Assembly: GCF_009834535.1 (NCBI RefSeq)
Contig: NC_045697.1
Span: forward strand, 107,324,001-107,388,000
Direction of reading: 5' to 3'
Source: Camelus ferus
Lineage: Eukaryota
Length of the DNA stretch: 64,000 nucleotides
Each line of letters opens with the position of its first letter. Within the stretch, counting starts at the first letter, position 1. Under the pieces are notes generated by a model. The model did not search any database, was not told where the DNA came from, and saw nothing but the letters and a program-made list of their open reading frames with translations. A program made the position numbers and the translations under genes. Positions 24,376 through 37,852 of the stretch are shown piece by piece.

Positions 24376-27194
24376 AGAAAAAACCTAAATACAAAAGAGA
24401 AACAGACTCATAGACATAGAATACGAACTTGTGGTTGCCAAGGGGGCAGGGGGTGGGAAGGGACAGACTGGGATTTTAAAATGTAGAATAGATAAACAAG
24501 ATTATACTGTATAGCACAGAGAAATAGATACAAGATCTTGCGGTAGCTCACAGTGAAAAAAAAATGTGACAGTGAATATACGTATGTTCATGTATAACTG
24601 AAAATTGTGCTCTACACTGGAATTTGACACAACATTGTAAAATGACTATTACTCAATAAAAAAATGTTAAAAAAAAAAGTGCTACTAAAGACTGGAAAAT
24701 ACATTTCTGCAAAGCAGACATACAAATGACCAAAAGTTGTATGAAAAGATGCACTAACCATCAGGGAAATGCATATCAAAACTGCAAAGAGACATCACCT
24801 CACAACTAAAAGGACAGCTATTATTCAAAAAAACAAAAAAAGACAACATGTATTGGCAAGAACGTAAAGAAACTGGAATCCTTGTACACGTGGGTAGAAA
24901 TACAAAATGGTGCAGCCACTATGGAAGACATGAAAGTTCCTCAAAAAATTAAAAATAGAACTACCATATGATCTAGCAATCTCACTTCTAATTCAAAAGA
25001 ATTGAAATCAGGAGCTAGAAGAGATATTAGCACTCTGATGTTCACTACAGCATTATTCAATGTGCTAACAATATAAATGTCCATTGACAGATGAACGGAA
25101 AAAGAAAATGTGTTTATAAATACGATGGAGTATTATTCAGCCTCAAAAAAGGCGGAAATCCTACAATATGTGACAAAATGGATGAAACTTGAAGACATTA
25201 TGTTGAGTGAAATAATCCAGTCACATAAGGACAAATACTGCATGATTCCACTTCTACGAACTACCTAAAATAGTCAAAGTCATAGAATCAGAGAGCAGAA
25301 TGGTGGTTGCCGGGGGCTGGGGGAAGGAGGAAATGGGTAATTGCTAATGAATGGGCATAAACTGCATAATGGACAATTACGCAAGATGCATAAGTTCCAA
25401 TGATGCTGTACAACTTTGTGCCTATAGTTAATAATACATATTCTAAACTTAAAAATTTGTTAAAAGGTTAGATCCCATGTTGTGTTCTTACCACAGTGAA
25501 ATATTTTTTAATATGTAAGAAATTAAAATGGTGAAATAACTAAGATGGATTGAACATTAAAATATTCCTGTGAGACCACTTTTTCAAATCTTCACATAAA
25601 AACTTGGAAATATACATTTTAAAATAAGTTAAACATACAAATATTTTATATTTACAGAAACCTATAGAAATTGGAAAGGATATATAAGATACTAATAATA
25701 GTTATTTTTCAGGTCTTCTTTAGACATGACTGACTTAAGTTTGGGTGAGACAGGATTTAGCAGGGATAAGGTATGCTGAAAACATGGGAGACCAGAGGTC
25801 GGAGGGAGATAAGCATTTATATTGACTTTTTTTTTTTTTGAACAGTTAATGTATTACCTACATAAAGTATTACACAAAAATATGTATTTGATAGCTCAAA
25901 AATCCTGGAAAAATACCATCCCACAGATCACTAATGCTAGTTCAGATACTGCAGCCAACTAACACGTTAGTATCAATAAAAACGACCTTTAATACATGAT
26001 TCATCTTCATTTTTTTTCATCTCAGTGTTACGTGGAGTGTTTAACCCCCGAAAGAAAGAGAAATGCAAAGTGTAGGTTGTGGTGGATGATGGGTAGTGAA
26101 GGAGAATTTAATGAATCAGCTACTTCTAAAATAAATGCAGTAAAAGCAAAACATCCAAGTGGTATTTCTGTAGCTCATTCTCAGAAGTGCTAGGCTTTTT
26201 CTTTTTGTTCTTATGTGGATAGTTCAGTCTTAATTGATCAAATTGTCTAGATACTAAATCAGGATTTTTCTAGATCTTAACACATTATAAAACCAAGAAG
26301 GTACACACTGTAGAAGTTGACGTATTTAACAAAATTAACAGATATTCCCAAACAAGAGCACATTAAAGTCAATGAACCTATACTTCCCAAAACATTTATT
26401 ACCACACATTTTCTAACAACATAAACAAACAGAAGTACAAAGGACAGGGTTAAAATTAGACAGCTTTGGTAAGAATTAATATTTAAATGACTTTCTCACA
26501 GTATCTTGCCATCAGAAATCCCAGGCTGAGGCCAGAGACAAGCTCAGGGCCTTGAAATCTAAACAACACAGAAACATAAGCCTTCACCTAACTCCTATTA
26601 GCTATTTGAGATCTACTATTCACTTAGTAAACTAAAGTATCAGCTAAACACTGATTTTTAATGAAAGCCTAATTTAATTCAGATAAATAAGAACTAAAAT
26701 CAGTAATATATTACGTACATAAAAAACTTATTGAAAAATAATCCAATTTAGTTCATAATTCTAATAATGTCATGTCATTACCACCATTTCACGCTTCCTA
26801 AGAGCATTTTGACCATGTAATAACCCCTGGACAAGAGTCATCACGGCTCATCATCTACAGAATAAACTCCCAGTCACTTGGACTACCCCACAAAATCTCA
26901 AAAAGCCTCACCTCCCATTTTGTCCCCATACAGTATTAGTAGTCAAGCCACTAAGAACAAGCTTTAAAATTCTACTTCCTTACCTTTGTTCTCCCTTCAA
27001 AGCTCAACTCTCACCTCTACAAAGATACCTCTAGACGAAACCAAAAAGGAAGTAATGATTTCCCCTCATAAAGTCTGTCTATTCCAAAGCATGCAGAGTT
27101 CACACTTACTGCTTTGGATTATTAGTTATCTTAACATGAGTCTTGTCGCCACCAGACTGTAAGCTCCTGAGAAGGAAAATAGTAGAAGGAACTA

Positions 27195-27365
27195 CATGTC
27201 AGGCATTATTCCCGAAGATTCTAACAACAACCCTGTAAGACTGGTACTATTATTCCCATTTTACACACAAAGAAACTAGATCAGAAAGATCATATAGCTT
27301 GCGCAAGATCACAAACCTAACAAGTGACAGAATTAGGAATCAAACTGGTGTCTGTTTGATTCCAT
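27195..27365 (-). mobile_element. MIR SINE
   Basis: aacaaccctgtaag...tattattcccattttacacacaaagaaact...caagatcacaaacctaacaagtgacaga. Confidence 0.75.
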
Positions 27366-29426
27366 ACAGGATACTATCTGTCAAAAAAAAAAAAATTAAA
27401 ACTGTTATAAAGCTCTACGGTATACAGCATATTTTAAAAGTGTGTTCACTTATTCACTAATTTCCTCTTTGTAGCAACCCTTAAAGGTGATGTATATTTA
27501 CAGTTACTACCACCACTCCCTGGTAAACATGCTTTCATATTCCCCTTCCTCTGGTTCTTTTGGGGAACTCTTGCCTGACTTCATGTAGTCCTGGTAGGGA
27601 TGTCAGTCACAGTGCAGTTTCACACAGTGGTCTGGGACACCGGTTAGGCAATCAGAATAGCACATACATCAGATGTAGTGACTGTTTCAGTGGTATGGCC
27701 GTGATGCTAAGTCAGGCCAGTCTTTCAAGGAGTTTGAGCCTCTTCATGATGTTATCTCTGAACAATTCTTTCTACCTCATGCAGGCCATGTTCACTTTTC
27801 TCAAATCAATACAAGTTTAATAAAAGTTCAATAATTCCAAAAGGAATATCTGGGACAAGGATAACAATCTGGAAACAGTTGGTTTCTCATGTCCTATTAA
27901 AATCTATATTCAAAAAAATAAAAGTCAAGGAACTAGTAGAATGCTCTCAGTTTAGAGGACTCAGATCACAAAACACCATCTTCTTTCTAATCTTAAGATG
28001 TACTGAAGTTTACTCGGCAAATAGCTACAGGAAGTTAAAAAGGAAAGAGCTCTAAATTTCATCTACTGTTTTACAAGAGTTACTGGCTAAGCCCAAAGAG
28101 GAAAGGGAAAAGATCTGACACATTATGAAAAAACAGAGGTGCAATCTAAAGTTTTGTTAAAGGTCAAAACTGAGATGTGCTTAAGGTATCATTCATTTGA
28201 AGACCTACAGCAAATCAATGTATGCTAGCCAACTAACAGATTAGGAAAAAAATGATTAGAAAATAAATACTATTAGACTAAGATGAGTAACAGATTTATA
28301 TCATGCTGGCATAATGCACCTCTACACTATAATAATTACTAAGAAAGTAATTAGGAGTTTACAGCTATAATATATTTATAAAGTCCTTTATGAGCATCTT
28401 ACAGAGCATCAATACTACCAAAAAGAAACAAATGAGCACCATCTCATGGGCATTTGAAGTAATATAAAATCAGCCTTTGCAATGGCTTTAAAAAGCCAGG
28501 CTACTCAGTAAAGGCTTGATTATAATATCTTCTTCGAAATTTCAAATTTTGTACATATAACCCAAAAAGTTAGCAAATGGTTTAAATAAACAGAAATATT
28601 TAAGTCAGTATTTAAATAGCTTCAACAAATATTAGGGTAAGAGCCAAAAAATGATTCTCAATGACAAATATAAATAAACACCACAGAAGAGTTAAACAGA
28701 AGCAAAATCGAAAACTGGGGAAAAAAGGAAAACAACATATTAGTATTTAATAAGATGAACCACGCATTTAGATATGCTTGGCAACTGTGTAAGTAACATA
28801 AACTGAGCCTTTTTTTTTTTTTTTACAGTAACCAACACATTTTCTATCTTAAAAGAAAGTCAGAAGAAATGCTTTTAAAAAAAACGAGGGGAGGTCATAT
28901 TCCCTCTAATGTGCATTTCACAATGCAGGCATTTCTCACTCAAAGAAAAACAAGTATTTTAAGACTAAAGCAATTTTTGTTAAAGCTTCTCTGACCCCTC
29001 ATGTAGTTCATTTTCTGAAAGCACTCAAGTGGAATATACTAACTTGACTACCTGACACCAAACAATGCAATTATTTCCTACCTGAAATTTCATCCAATAG
29101 AAGCAATATACAGTCACTGAAGCGCTTCAGTATCACATTCTCTCTTAGTTCAGGTTACATGGACTCACTTTCTGTAAGTTAATAGTTTGATCAAGTATCT
29201 TCTTATAGTGTCAAAAGGAGTGGCAAATGGAGAGGACAAAAACTGTAATTATTTTACATTGGTCTTTTCAAGTTTAATCTTTTTGTGCTACAGTAATATT
29301 TCAAGAGAAACAAACTATCTAAATCAATATTTTTTATAACTTAGAGTAAAAACTTCTAATAATCCTGTTCTCATAACTATGTGATGATACATGAGATTAA
29401 AAGATGTCTGAATGAAAATTGGTGTG

Positions 29427-29581
29427 GGGGGAGGGTATAGCTCAAGTGGTAGAGTGTATGCTTAGCATGCAGAAGGTCCTGGGTTCAATCCCCAGTACTT
29501 CCTCCAAAAATAAATAAACTTAATTACTCCCCACTGCCAAAATTAAAAAATAAATAATATAATAATAAATATTAAAAAAAA
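29427..29581 (+). mobile_element. vic-1-like SINE (long form)
   Basis: ggggagggtatagctcaagtggtagag...gggttcaatccccagt...aaacttaattactcccc plus tail. TSD gaaaattggtgtg (29414-29426) / gaaaatttgtgtg (29582-29594). Confidence 0.92.
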
Positions 29582-29594
29582 GAAAATTTGTGTG

Positions 29595-30388
29595 AATTTT
29601 TGCCAAGTATGATATTATTCAATTCCCTTTAAAGAAACCAACTCATTCTGAAAAATGTAAAAGAAAGGGAAAGAATCAAGCATTTATTCTGTTTTTTTTT
29701 TTCCTATAGGAACCAAATTGTTGACTTTATAAAATTCTTCATTATAAAAAATTTCAGCTAATCAATGTGGAAAATGATAGATTTAGAGCACCACCACTTA
29801 GAACCCCTGGTGAAATAATGGATTTAAGCAACAGTTATTAATGACTGCTAAAGCCATTAGGTAAAAAGTAAAAGGTTCAAGGAAACTTGAAAATAGATGG
29901 ATCAAGCTAAAATATCTAAACCCATTGGATTAGTAACCTTACACCCACTGATCTTAACATCACAGAAAGAGACACACTAGACTTCATGTGCTTCCCGATG
30001 GGATAAAACGGTAAATAAACATACTGCCTAAAAAGAACACTCAGTATGAAAGACTTGAATCTGAATCTAACCAAGTCTTGATCACTTTACAGAAAACAAT
30101 CCAGACTGTGGAAAATTCTATAGAAAAAAAGACCCAATTCTATAGAAAAATAGATGGCAAGAAAAAAGGGGGAGGGGAAACTGCAGACTGAAAAATATCT
30201 GAGAAACACATACACCAAATGAAATGTGTACACATTACTTGGCTCATGACTCGAATAAACCAACTATATTTAAAACAAACCAAAAATTAATAACACGTAA
30301 GGGAATTTTGAACACTGAATATTCGATGAACTGCTTTTAAGAATGATGATGGTACTGTGGTGTGACTGATTTTTTTAAAGTCTTTATC
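29595..30388 (+). mobile_element. Old L1MC/ME 3'UTR fragments
   Basis: aaagggaaagaatcaagcatttattctg; aatctgaatctaaccaagtc; continues after the young L1 near 30935. Confidence 0.55.
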
Positions 30389-30392
30389 TGAT

Positions 30393-30934
30393 ACAATAGC
30401 CAAGACATGGAAGCAACCTAAATGTCCATCAACGACTGGATAAAGCAAGCTGTGGTATATTTATACAATGGAATACCTACTCAGCCATAAAGAAGAATAA
30501 AATAATGTCATTTGCAGCAACATGGATGGACCTGGAGATCGTCATTCTAAGTGAAGCCAGAAAGAGAAAGAAAATATCATATGCTATCACTCATATGTGG
30601 AATCTGAAAAAAAGAAAAGGAAATGAATGAACTCACTTACAAAGCAGAAACAGACTCATAGACATGGTAAACAACTTTATGGTTACTGGGGAAAGGAGAT
30701 GGGAAAGGATAAATTCGGGAGTTTGAGATTTGCAAAGGTTAATCACTATATACAAAAAAGATAAAAACCAAATTTCTTCTGTATAGCACAGGGAACTATA
30801 TTCAATACCTTTAATGAAAAAGAATATGAAAATGAATATATGTATGTATATGCATGACTGGGACATTATGCTATATACCAGAAATTGACACACTGTAACT
30901 AACTGTACTTCAACAAAATTAAAAAAAAAAAAAA
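30393..30934 (+). mobile_element. Lineage-specific L1 3' end (5' truncated)
   Basis: caatagccaagacatggaagcaacctaaatgtcc...gactgggacattatgctatataccagaaattgacac plus A tail. Short repeat gataca at 30390-30395 and 30935-30940. Confidence 0.92.
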
Positions 30935-31924
30935 GATACACATTGATGTATTTGCAAATTAAAAGGGTGAGGGGGAAACTCTCACATTACTGAGTTAGAT
31001 ATGATTACAAATGACAGTTAACTAAGATGTTTAAAAACTAAAAGATACTAAAATCAATTAAAGCCCTTATATTTTCTACCATTTTTAAGTTAACAAGATA
31101 AAAAAGACTGAAAGTATTAATGGTAATGAAATTTATCTTTACATTATCTCATACAATCCTCTAAAAGAGAATTTCAAGCATCATTATCCAAAATGAGAAC
31201 ACTAACTGCATTTACCCTGCCCACATTGAAATATGACAGCTTCAATCAATCTTCAGTAGCTCTAAATTAAAAATTAACCAGAAATGCTTTTAAATATCAG
31301 CAGTGGAGAAAAGTTTAAAAGAGCAGAACACTGGAAATGAATCTATCGACAAGCATTAATCAAGCAGCAACCATGCACAAGATCAAATATAAGATGCACT
31401 CATTGATTTGGGATAATATTCATGTTCCATGGGCAAAATTAACGTGAAATACATGCAAAGTACTAACAACAACAATAACAACAACAATAAAACTCATAGA
31501 GCCAAAACCATATATTACTCGCAGTAAAGCAATGGTATAAATTTAAGTGTGTTAAGTATCAAACTGAAAAAACTGAAAACAGACCATACCTCAATCAATT
31601 CTGTTCTTTGCAGGTATCTGAATGTAGTGAATGATACAAATAAAAAGATATTTGAATAAATGTATAAATGCATATATGTATGCAATGGTACAGTAAAACT
31701 GATACACCACCATGAGATTATGTATTAATACAGGCATTCTGGAATGAAATATAGTTATAAAAACCTCAAAAGCCTTAAGGAAAATTTCATACTGTTGGAT
31801 CCAGCAACTGGGCTTATAGAAAAATCTATCCCAATAAACCAAAATATTTAAAGCACTTTGTACACACTAGTTAAGTTTTAGTATTGTTTGTAACAAATAG
31901 CAACAAACAACTCAGATATCTAAT

Positions 31925-32490
31925 GAGGTGGCACTGTAACGTGTCAACGTGGCTAGGCGGAGCTACATTTCCCAGAATTCTCTTTCCTGCTCATATCTAG
32001 TCAGGGTGGTCCATATCAGATATTCTTGTGGGAAACACAGAAGCTAAAATTAAGGCAGCACCCATTCTGTAGCTCACACACATTTTCACTTACCTGATGA
32101 TTCACCTCAATGGTGTGATACAGTGGCTGGGCCTACCACTGCCCTACCTTCCCCTACATTTTCTTTTGGCTTTTTATACTTCTGGTTCAGATGCGTGTGT
32201 TAACCTTAATGACAAAAGAACCCAGCTTCTGCATGACACTCACATCATCAAGGTCAGAGGCAACAAGCCAGACCTGATAAGGTTTTTAGTCTGTTCTTGT
32301 GGGCTCCACCTTGTCCTGTGGATTCCAGCTTACCCTTGCTTTCCTCCACTTTACATACATCCTCTCTTCCTGATGGCTTGCCTAACTCCAGAATCAGACA
32401 CAAAGACAAGAGCCTTACAGAGAGCTAAACTATAAAGTTTAACCAACTCCTACAATTAGGTATAGTCAAGTCTCTTTTTAACAAATCCAC
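31925..32490 (+). mobile_element. ERVL-class LTR
   Basis: gtgtcaacgtggctaggcggagctacatttcccagaattctctttcctg, a recognisable old ERVL LTR start. Confidence 0.6.
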
Positions 32491-32499
32491 ATCTATAAG

Positions 32500-33150
32500 A
32501 TACTTATGGGTGAGGTTTTGTCCAATGGAGCAATTCACAGGAAACCCACAAAGTTCACAAAAGAGGTAAATATGCAGAAGCATCACCAGCTTGGACTGGG
32601 GAAGCTAGAGATAGGACAGAGTGAGGACAGGCCTTTGGACTCCCAGAATTTTACTGGAGGAAGCAAGCTGAGGCTTTTGCTCAGCTGTAAAGATACGCTA
32701 TCTTTCTGAAAAAGGGGACATGATTCAGATGGCAGAACAAAGAATCTAGACGGCAAATCAAGAGCCCTAGAAATATATTCCCCGCTTGAGACCTAACCAA
32801 GGAAGTTTCAACATTTGGCTGGATTTCAGTACTTTAGACCAGTGGCTCCCTTGTGTATTCCCCCCTCTTTTAAATAAGAATGTGTATAGCAGTTACTCAA
32901 CATTAGTCCATCATTAAATATTGGCGTCGGGGCAGATAACTTGTCTCTAATTTTACAAGTCTACAGAGCTAGAGGAACTGTCCACAAAAAGCTTTTCTTA
33001 AGAAACTACACCTAAGGAGTCTTACCCATACTTGGACTTGAACTAGATGATGAGATTCTCGAGTCTGTTGAGATACTGTAATGGTATGAAATTTTGTGTA
33101 TTTGTGTTAAGCCTCTAAGCTCTGGGTTAATTTGTTAGGCAGCACAAATT
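32500..33150 (+). mobile_element. MaLR internal and LTR remnant
   Basis: cttggacttgaactagatgatgagatt...gatactgtaatgg; ttaagcctctaagctctgggttaatttgttaggcagca. Confidence 0.5.
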
Positions 33151-33186
33151 TATTTAGTAAGTTGTTATGTTAAAAAAATAATGGGA

Positions 33187-33316
33187 GGAAGAAGGTATAA
33201 CTCAAGTGGTAGAGCGCATGCTTAGCATGCACAAGGTCCTGGGTTCAATCCCCAGTACCTCCTCTAAAAATAAATAAACAAATAAGTACACCTAATTACC
33301 TCCCCCAACCAAAAAC

Positions 33317-33387
<71 letters not shown>
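33187..33387 (+). mobile_element. vic-1-like SINE (long form) with (TAA)25 tail
   Basis: SINE body 33187-33310, perfect (TAA)25 at 33318-33392. TSD aataatggga at 33177-33186 and 33388-33397. Confidence 0.92.
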
Positions 33388-33394
<7 letters not shown>

Positions 33395-33419
33395 GGACAA
33401 CACATCTCCCATTGGCCAC

Positions 33420-35010
33420 AACTGAGTAATTAACACTGGATTTAACTTCTTACCATACACACAACTGGAAAACTAAACAAAATATATAAAGCAACTATTT
33501 TCAGACACTAGACAATAGGCAGAACTGGTCTGTAATCTCTGAGAGAAGAGAAATAAACAAGGTAAGATTTCTGCCAACCTTGTGCCCAGAGGCACTTTCT
33601 AAACTACAAACAGGGAAGGAGCCCAAGCAGAGCACAAATGTGTCAAAGGGTTGAAAAGATGGCACTTTTTTTTACTGAGCTGAGGAGACAATCTTATGAG
33701 TTGAACAGACATAGATCAGAATTCACAGAGACTGAGGTGGCTGGAATCTAGGGGGTAGGGCACCAGAGAAGATTACCTCAGAAATTGCTCCAGAAATCTA
33801 AATAGTGGTCCCTTTGACTAGTTGGTTGAATACCAAGCTGCACAGGCATAGGGTGAGGCTCAGAACACCACCAAGAACAACTCCTGGGGACTGTAAACTA
33901 AGAAATCCTATCAGATCACACAGGACTGGAAGAGGTCTGAATTCTGACCAAAGAAGAAAGATCTTAAACATGCAACTTTGAGGAGAGATTCCAAAAGGAT
34001 CAAGCCTTAGTAAAATGGCTAAAGTAATCTTAAAGGCTACTCCATGTTCACCATAGCAATATTTTAAAAACAAGCCTTGATTCTGCCCTGAGGGAGTTGC
34101 ACAGCAGAGCAATGGAAGAGACAGCTAAAAATCCTGATAGAAACCCTGTCTTTTAAGCCAGAGAAACCAGGACAGGCTGCAGAGGGTATAGGAGTCATAG
34201 AAAGGAGAAGGCATGCAATGAACCCACACAAGTCTTAGACTCATTCCTAAGCTACCCACATGACAGACTTAAACCAGCAAAGCAAAAGCTTTGAGAATTT
34301 AACTGAGCAAGTCTCAGACTAATCTCCGAGTGGCACGTGCACAGGACAGGCCCAAAGCAGCAAGGCAAAGGTCTTAAAAACTGAACCTATCCTGAAAGCA
34401 CCATATACAGAAAGCACGACAAAACCCATGGTCTGACCCTAACCAAGTAGATCACCTGCTAAAACAATCAACTTCCTCCAAGGAATGCAACAGAACTTAG
34501 GGTCTACCAACAAAACACTCACAAAATCTAGGATACAATTCAAAACTACCTGACAAATAAGAATCGGGAAAATGTGATGCATTTCAAGAAAAAAATGATA
34601 ATAAACAGATGTCCATGAGATGACTCAAATGTCGGAATTATCAAAGATTTTAAAGCAGCTATTATAACTAAGCTTCAGGAGGTAAAGATAAAGGTAAAGA
34701 AGTGTGAAATGAATGGAAAGACAGAGGTTCTCAGCAGAGAAATTTTACAAGTGAAAGATCTACTGAAAAATAGATCTGGACAGGTTCATTTACAGAATGG
34801 AGATGACAGAGGAAACTGTAGTAATAACCAGTGAATATGCAGAATCCAATCTGAAGAACAAAGAGAATAAAGACTGAATACAATGAATAGCCTCTGGGAC
34901 ATGTGGAACAATATCAAAAAGTCTAATGCGTGAGTCATTAGAGGCTCAGAAGAGAAAACCAGAAACATACAGGCAGAAAAATATTTGACTAAACTTGACA
35001 AATTTGGTGA
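33420..35010 (+). mobile_element. Old L1M 5' region and ORF1 remnants
   Basis: aactggaaaactaaacaaaatatataaagcaactattttcagac; ggaattatcaaagattttaaagcagctattataact; gggacatgtggaacaatatcaaaaagtctaa. Confidence 0.65.
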
Positions 35011-35796
35011 AGCACCAGTTACTTTGAATATGGCATCAGCACGAGTTTAAACTTTACAGGAGTTAACAGAATAGTGGCCCTCTAGGCAAAAGCGCTTCAT
35101 TAGTGATGGGGAGTTCAAATTTCTCCCCTGAAATAGCAGACAATAATCTGGATTAATGATCTCCAAACCTCAGATTACACATTCCTATCAGTAAAAGTTT
35201 AAGTAGTCAGATCACAGACATATTAATGCATAAGTTATATATGGACTACTGAATACTAATATATATGTTCTAAAAATAAGAAAAAGAAATTAAGTGAAGT
35301 AAAGAGATAATTTTTTTTATTTATACTGATACAGAAAACCTTTTACACTCTCTCCTTTTTTGCTTTTTTTAATTGAAAGGAATGTGAATGCATATGCCTG
35401 TTTTTAAATCTTGGTGTAAACACTTTGTGATACAGCAATCAGAGGTCTCATCTAAGTTTGGTTTTCATGTCAAAATAGATTAGAAAGAGGAGTACACAAA
35501 TATACATAAATCCAATTGTAAGATAGGATACACTGGCTTTGCTGAAATTTAAGTATAATTTTCCAGCTTTTCTTACAAACTCATTATAAAGTATTGTTTT
35601 GTTTTTAAAATGTAAATTCAAAATCCTCTATAACTTTTTGGGAAAAAAATGGACTAAAAATTTTGTCTCTGTGTTTTTCAAAGTATAACCACTTTCATAA
35701 GTGACATACCCCTTTCAACAACAAAGTCAGAAAATAAAGTAAACATCTCCAAACATCCATTTTCACAAGACAAATTTCACTCAAAAAGTACCTCCA

Positions 35797-35877
35797 TTCC
35801 CCAGTATCTCCGTTACAGTAAGTAAATAAGTAAATAAATAAACCTAATAACCTCCCCCTCCAAAAAAAACAAAAAAA
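35797..35877 (+). mobile_element. 5'-truncated vic-1-like SINE 3' fragment
   Basis: tccccagtatctcc...aaataaataaacctaataacctccccc plus A tail. Confidence 0.65.
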
Positions 35878-36118
35878 GTTACTTTCTCATTCATAGCTTT
35901 AAATGTCAAAGGACACATTACGTTTATACGTATAAAAATACCACTGACAATTACAGAAAAGATCAATTTAGAAGATCTTTCTTTAATAAGAAAATGCCTA
36001 ACTCCTCTCTAAATTTTGTTTTAAATACTCTATCATGCTATAGGTAGTGAAACTGAGTATTAAAATATTTTTATAATCACTCCTCACCACAAAATATTGT
36101 TAAAAGTCTATTATTTAA

Positions 36119-36257
36119 GGGGGAAGGGTATAGGTCAAGTGGTAGAGTGCATGCTTAGCATACACAAGGTCCTGGGTTCAATCCCCAGTACTTCCTCTAG
36201 AAACAAATAAATAAGTAAACCTAATTACCTCCTCTGCCAAAAATTAATTAATTTTTT
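36119..36257 (+). mobile_element. vic-1-like SINE (long form)
   Basis: Full body with a perfect 15-bp TSD aagtctattatttaa at 36104-36118 and 36258-36272. Confidence 0.95.
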
Positions 36258-37139
36258 AAGTCTATTATTTAAAATAGTATTATCTTTAATTTTGCTCACC
36301 CAGGCACAGGTAAACTTATTATAACAAATGGAAAGGAAACACTTAGTGAAGTTTCTATTATCACCCCCTCCAGGCTTCCTTAGGATGCCACACAAGCTAT
36401 AAATCCTACTTGACCATCAGACAGAATGAGGGTTACCACAGTAAAGTTAATTTTTTCTTAATGTTTCTTATCATTACTCATTAAGAAAATGAATATAATA
36501 AATTCTAATACTTTCTTCAAGTACTTTAGTGAGTCATCTTAAGCATCCCACTTTGGAGACTACAGTTGCTCCTGGATTTTATGACCAAGTCTTAGCCTTC
36601 CACAGGGAAATGATATGGGTGACAGGTATCTTTCTCAAAAATCAAAGACTAAATACACATACGTGTATCTAAAAGTAGAGTGAAATATATATGAACTTTT
36701 TAAGAATAACTAATGACATATACCTCTTACTGACAGGATTTCTTTTAAAACAGACAGACATTAAAATCTACTTTTTCGTTTTAGAGACAGAAAAAAGTAC
36801 CCTCTCTAATTTTATTTGAGCTTTTAATTTTCAGTATTTTCCCCACATACTTTTTAATAAAAAATGCAGAATTCTCTGGCTCCTTAAAAAGATAATTAAA
36901 TATAACTTTTTCTTGATGACACAGAGACATTCATTAGTCATATCATTACTATCCTTTAAATAATGAAGCACTGTGGTTCGTTTGTTTTTTAATTCTGGAT
37001 CCTCCATACTGTTACATTCTTAGCTGTCACTTCTGCTATCATTAAACCAGTCTAAAGCACTCTCAAGATCCCTCTAGTGAATTATATCAAATGTGCGAAG
37101 GAAAGAAAATTAGACAACTAAGTTTAAAAACTAAATGTT

Positions 37140-37380
37140 AAATATGAGTGATAACAAAGTAGATTCGTGGCTGCCAGGAGCTGGAGGGAAGGAGGAGTAG
37201 GGTGTGACTGTTACTGGGTACAGGATCTCGTTCTGGGGGTGACACAAACATTCCTGAATTATGTGGATATGGTCCTGGTCCTACAATCCTAGGAATACAC
37301 TAAAAGTCACTAAACTGTGTGCTTGCAAATGGCAAGTTTTAATATATGTGAACTACATCTCAATAAAGACAACAAAAATG
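37140..37380 (+). mobile_element. L1MB/ME 3' end
   Basis: aaagtagattcgtggctgccaggagctgg...atgtgaactacatctcaataaag. Confidence 0.7.
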
Positions 37381-37479
37381 TAAAGTATTGAGTCACTAAG
37401 GCCATTCATTTTTTAATGCACTGTTCGAATACAAATAACCCTATACTAAATCTCAAGTGCTCTCACTTTCCTGTTTGGG

Positions 37480-37852
37480 ACAGTTGCGGTCATACAGTGG
37501 CTACATCTGGAACAGTTGAGGGAGGCAGCTGCTAAAGAATATGGTGGCTGGACGGCTCTTCTCCGGTTCCAGAGCCTCTCTGTGTGCTCTCCCTGCTGAG
37601 CTACTTTGAGCTTCCTTACCACCTACTGGTCTAAAACAGTTGAATTTGCATCACAGTTCAGTGCCCCAAGCACAAGCATTTCAGTTAGCCTCAAAGTCAC
37701 ATCACGTCACTTCTACCACGCTCTATACGTTGAAAACCACAAAAACCCTTCCAGTTTCAAAGGGAGGGGACATAGACCTCACCTCTACGCACACTTGCAA
37801 GAATGCGTGAGATGGGAGAAACTATTGCTGTCATCCTTGGAAAATACTACCC
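37480..37852 (-). mobile_element. Old MLT1-type LTR, antisense
   Basis: gtcacatcacgtcacttctaccacgctctat...ccagtttcaaagggaggggacatagacctcacctct. Confidence 0.65.

Larger units (their letters stand above)
21827..24678 (+). mobile_element. Young L1 with 5'UTR, ORF1 and 3' end but lacking almost all of ORF2
   Basis: Starts gagagaagcaagatggcggagtag (L1 5' YY1 motif). GC-rich 5'UTR to about 22966, ORF1 at 22967-23866, junction at 24009/24010 into the ORF2 C-terminus, aataaa at 24655-24660 plus A tail. TSD gtgctact at 21819-21826 and 24679-24686. Confidence 0.93.
18306..25505 (+). mobile_element. Older 5'-truncated L1 (L1MA/MB-like ORF2 plus 3'UTR) hosting three nested insertions
   Basis: EN-region ORF 18449-18796 (HKTSLNKLK...YQNLWDAAKAVLKGKF), RT motif ctgtttgcagatgac (LFADD) near 20713-20727, ORF2 pieces 20990-21471, and 3' end ttcttaccacagtgaa near 25500. 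Homology resumes across each insert. Confidence 0.92.

Noticed and set aside
29427..29503. tRNA gene calls for the A/B-box elements
   Set aside because: They have A-rich tails, TSDs and several diverged copies, so they are SINEs rather than tRNA genes.
32088..32100. CAG|GTAAGT recursive-splice-like motif on the minus strand
   Set aside because: No upstream polypyrimidine tract, and it lies inside an LTR.
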